Both the position numbers and the translations under genes were made by a program. The notes beneath the pieces were generated by a model that worked only from the letters and a program-made list of their open reading frames with translations, was not told where the DNA came from and did not search any database. A DNA stretch of 64,000 bases from Octopus vulgaris. Its lineage: Eukaryota. The DNA lies in assembly GCA_951406725.2 (NCBI GenBank), contig OX597823.1:7812001-7876000 (forward strand), read 5' to 3'. Positions 13,235 through 64,000 of this stretch are shown one piece after another. Within the stretch, counting starts at the first letter, position 1. Every line of letters starts with the position of its first letter.

Positions 13235-13529
13235 GATGTGGAGGCACATGGACTTGCAGTTGAGGGATCGCAGGTTCAAATCTCAGACTGGGCGATGTGT
13301 GGGTTTATGAGCAAAACACCTAAGCACCACGCAGCTCCGGCAGAAGGTAATAGAGAACTTCTGCTGACTCTTTCGCCACAACTTTCTCTCACTCTTCCCT
13401 CCTGCATCTTGCAGCTCACCTGTGACAGACCAGCATCCTGTCCAGGTGGGGAACCTATAGACCAAGGAAACAGGGAAACTGGCCCTTATGAGCCAGGCGT
13501 GGCTCAAGAAGGGACAAACAACAAAACAA
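13235..13529 (+). mobile_element. SINE with family-B-like head and a different body/tail
   Basis: GGAGGCACATGG...GGTTCAAATCTCAGACTGGGCG head; TSD CATCTTAA at 13227-13234 and 13530-13537; (CAA)-rich tail. Confidence 0.75.
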
Positions 13530-14466
13530 CATCTTAAATTATTTGTAGTCTCTAACTCCAAGAAGTCTTTCAAAACAAAGAAATTCACATCGAATATCTC
13601 AATTATCCTTTGAAATATGTTTTTTTTTTTTTTTTACAAGAGATAGTTTCAAAAGGGCATTCTTACATTTCTAATTTTGGAACAACTTAAAACACACATA
13701 TGCACACAATTTAAAAATTTTAATATCCCCCCTCCCCCTCCCCTCCTTTTTGTTTGCAACATTTTTCTGATTCTTGATATGAATTCCATGCTGAAAAGTA
13801 CTGAGGTGACAATACTGGAATAATTTTTGTTTTGAAAATGTCAATTTAGTTAATTAGAAATTACACCTCTTCTCCACCACGCCTTCTGAATACCAAACAC
13901 CAACCTTTTGGTAGCTTTTAAATTTATCTGTTCATTTACAGATGACACAAAGTTCCTTATTATTATATTTGTGGTGTGTGGTACAGCATGTTGCAATAAC
14001 TCCTAGTTCTAAATGCATGGTGAGCCTATGAAAATATTGTACTAGTATGGCTAATATAACAGCTCAAGTCCTGAAGGTTAATGCTCACAATTTTACAGTT
14101 AAATCTGTAGATTACGTTGGGCATCAGTAGTTTGTTCTCAGGTTTGCACTCTTATGGTGTGTTATTGATAAAGGGCTTTTTAGTTTTGGTGCTTTTGTAG
14201 TATATGGCCAGGAGATACAGTTTGTGTTTTGTTTTACAATATGTGTGTGTGTGTGCATTGTGGTGGTGGTGTGATGATGGTGGAAGTGGGGGTGATGAAG
14301 GTGATGATGATAATGACAAAAAGACGGTGGTGATGGAGGTGATTTTTATGACAATGCCCAATAGTTGCAATGATGCTTAAAGTGTTATTTATGATTATCC
14401 TGATTATAACAATGTTTGTGCTGGCTGTGGTAGTCGTATGAATAAAATGGGTCAAATTGGACTTAC

Positions 14467-60937
<46,471 letters not shown>

Positions 60938-61259
60938 CTATGAAAAGATATAAAAATGGAACAAAGACATTGCATTATAAGACATGTTATAGATGCACTG
61001 AAAGGTAAATACAAGGAAGGAAGGAAGGAAGGAAGGAGGGTTGTAGTAATGTAGATAGGTAGGTAGGTAGGTAGGTAGGTAGGTAAATCTGCAAGAACAG
61101 TGAGTAGTTCAGAGTTGAAGGAGGCTTTTATCATTCAAAATTAATCCATCTGGCCAATGCATGTACATCATGCAATTCATTTCTTCTGTTAAATTTAATC
61201 CAGAGATTAAGGATTTGTCAGTTTGTATTCTCTTAATTAGTTCCTCGGGGTTATGATAT

Positions 61260-63700
61260 TACAATTACAAGTTGGTTTGTGCAGGAGACACATACCAAAA
61301 ACTAACTCTCAATAAAATATTTATTACAGAAACCTGAAATCATCAGGATTTCCCAATTCTCATATTAATTTCTGAATCTAGGGTTCCATCCCTGGAGACA
61401 GTGCTACCAAGATACACAAAAGGGTTCATTTTGTGAGTTGGATCCCTTGAACAAATATATTTGATTCCTTATAAAACTCTCCAGGGTTTGGTGTAAATAT
61501 CATCTTAATTTTCTCCAATCCAAAAGCTGTACAAGAGAGGAGGTTCATTATTTTCCAAATATCTTTATATTAAAGTGATTCACAAGAACACAACCTTTAA
61601 CATACATTTGCAAGCAACAGTTATAAATGTCTTTGATTTAACTTTAAAAAAGATTAAGATTAAACAGGTTCCTGCTTGTGTGATCGTAGACAAAAATGCT
61701 CACATCACAGTCCTTAGCTACGTGAACAAATGAAAAGATGTAGTATATTGAGAACATATTTGGAGCAAATATATACCCCTATTTTATGCAACTGTCCATT
61801 GGAATCAGTTTCAACAAGGCACCATTTGAGTTCAAGTAGGCCTTCAAACCAGTGTGTAATTGGATAAGGAAATACAGGTGGTCACCTTAATAATTTCAAA
61901 TTTCTCAACAGTGCGTTTCTATTTACTAAATCAAAGGCTTTTGTTAGTTCAACAAAAATATGGTAAAAGGGAGAGTTTCTGTTCTATGCATTTCTTCTAC
62001 CACTACTTGACACTAAAGGCTATATTTGTAATGTCTCTGCCAGACTTAAAGCCACATTGAGACTCTGCAACAAAGATAGAATATATTAATGCGAGCGGCC
62101 CATTCAATAAATTTGCTGAATATCTTACAGGCTGATACAAGTTAGAGTATATCATGAAAGTTACCACTGTTGGGCTTGGCACCTTTTCTCTTGTACAGTA
62201 AAGTCAGTGTAGTATCTTTCCAAACCTGCAAAACCTGTGAGGCATTCCATACATTGATAATTAGTGTAGTTACAAGATCAGCTACAAAATCCACAATAAT
62301 CTCATTTGGTAGTCTATCCACTCCTGATTCATAACAATTTCAATTTCCTCTATACTAGGATTTTATCCATTTCTTGAATAAGATGGTACTGCTAAAATCC
62401 AGTTGAATATCAATGGATATGTTCTACCACCATCCATTCTTCATTGCTCCTAGTTTTTTCTGAAAAATTTCTTTTATTTCTTCAATAATTCTTCTGTCAT
62501 CAACAGTTCCTTTCCAGGTGTAATTTATGGTTAATTTCTTGAAGCTCAGATATTTCTAAGTTATTTTCATTGAATCATCTATGTATTAGTGCGTCTTGAA
62601 ACCCAAAATATTGGTTTCAAATTTTGGCACACGACCAGTAATTTGGAGGAAAGGAATAAGTCAATTACATTGATCTCAGTACTCAACTGGTACTTATTTT
62701 ATTGATCCTGAAAGAATGAAAGGCAAAGTTAATCATGGCGGAATTTGAACTGGGAACATTTAGATGGCTTTTGCAGTAGTGGGAAAAGATGAAAGGCAAT
62801 GCTGACCTTGGTGAAATTTGAACTCAGAATGTGCAAAGTGCAGACGGATGAAATTCTGCTAAGCATTTTGTGCTAACAATTTTGCCGACTCACTGCCTTC
62901 TTGAAGCCTAAAATATTGACAGTGATAACAAACATTTTGTTTGAACTGATCACTAACCACCTGCTGATGGATTTCCTGGAACTTCACAAAAATATAGATA
63001 TGGCAGGATCTTGGAGTTTGTCAGTGTTCAGCCATTTCAGAACCTTAGTGTAACTTTTTCCTTAAGTTTGGTCATACAAGGTAAAACTTTAGGCAACAGA
63101 GATCACAAATATTACCTGATAAAGTGAATAAGATAACTCTGTTTTGACTGAGGGTAGATTCAAGTAACTCCGTAACCATTCGCAGTTGCAGAAGTTGTAA
63201 ACCGTTTCAGTTTATGTTACCCATGTTGAAATATCCTAAACTTGTTACAGCTCTGACTTAACCTGGCACTGAAGTCACCAGATAGGATGATTTTATCTCC
63301 AGAGAATAGAGCTTCTAAGATTCTTATAGAAAAGAGGTAGTTCCTGCCATTGATTGATAAGTTGGTGCATACACAGAAAAGAAAATCACAAGGCATCCAC
63401 AAGACAACAGTAAGTGGTATGTAATTATATGGTTAGCACACTGGATAACAAAACTTCTTATCTTCTATCAGCTTAATTTTTCTTGATTGCATAGCAACTG
63501 CAGTCTTTTCGTTTTTCAACTATCAGCTATTCTAATTAGCTGACTTTCTTCTGACAATCAAGCCTCAGCAAGTATACCAACATCGATCAGGTATACATCA
63601 AGCACTGCTGTAACAAAAGCAGTACGGTACTCATGTCTGCTGAACTTTGCATCATCCAGCTGAGTGGGCACTTTTTCAGCATCATAGATGTGCCCTTTGC
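61260..63700 (-). mobile_element. Degenerate RTE-clade LINE (AP endonuclease plus RT) with nested family C SINE (~62610-62900)
   Basis: IILSGDFSARL (endonuclease), ESQCGFKSGR (RT) and FVYLGSTVSRDGTLDSEINMRIGK on the minus strand. Confidence 0.8.
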
Positions 63701-64000
63701 TTGTATATACTTTTGCATTTTAAACTTTAATTTTTTGCATTTGTTGTTCTAGCTGAAATGATAGCAAGTCACAGTAAATTAAACTTGTGGGAAAACAATA
63801 TTTGGCATACTTTCTAATAATTGGTTGGGTAGTATCCTCCTTAAATAAGACTGCTCAGTCACAGGGCATTCTATCCAATTTTTCTAACAGCCATGATTGA
63901 AGAATACAACATCAAGGTAAATTCACTGCCTCCTAATTTACAGATGTGAGACTGTATTCTTCTAGTGAGTCAAGTCTGAAAACATTACTACACCCATCAT

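Noticed and set aside
63116-63235. Possible further upstream GPCR exon ending TCAG|gtaata
   Set aside because: It lies inside the RTE endonuclease remnant, and the region from the nearest acceptor is not convincingly open or domain-like.

Overview
Eukaryotic, AT-rich, microsatellite- and transposon-dense DNA. The SINE/LINE repertoire looks like an octopus (coleoid cephalopod) genome; this is recognition from memory, not a database check. One protein-coding gene occupies the window: a minus-strand adhesion GPCR of the ADGRG (GPR126/GPR64/GPR112)-like type. I reconstructed 15 GT-AG, phase-consistent, stop-free exons (60937 down to 14467; 2274 nt, about 758 codons). They encode SEA-like, HormR, GAIN/GPS (intact HL|TSFALLM) and 7TM domains. 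The start codon probably lies beyond the right edge, and the terminal exon is unresolved. The introns and 3' flank are filled with tRNA-derived SINEs (at least 3 families), RTE, CR1, R4/Dong and Penelope retroelement fragments, Tc1/mariner and hAT relics, hAT, piggyBac-type and Merlin-like MITEs, and two non-autonomous Helitrons. Most ORFs in the supplied track are repeat artefacts. I found no convincing new multi-gene system. The most interesting unexplained signals are several hammerhead-ribozyme-like relics with long stem II near Penelope-like ends, recurrent inverted duplications at truncated RTE 5' junctions, SINEs sharing one head with different bodies, and inverted repeat pairs that bracket exons.
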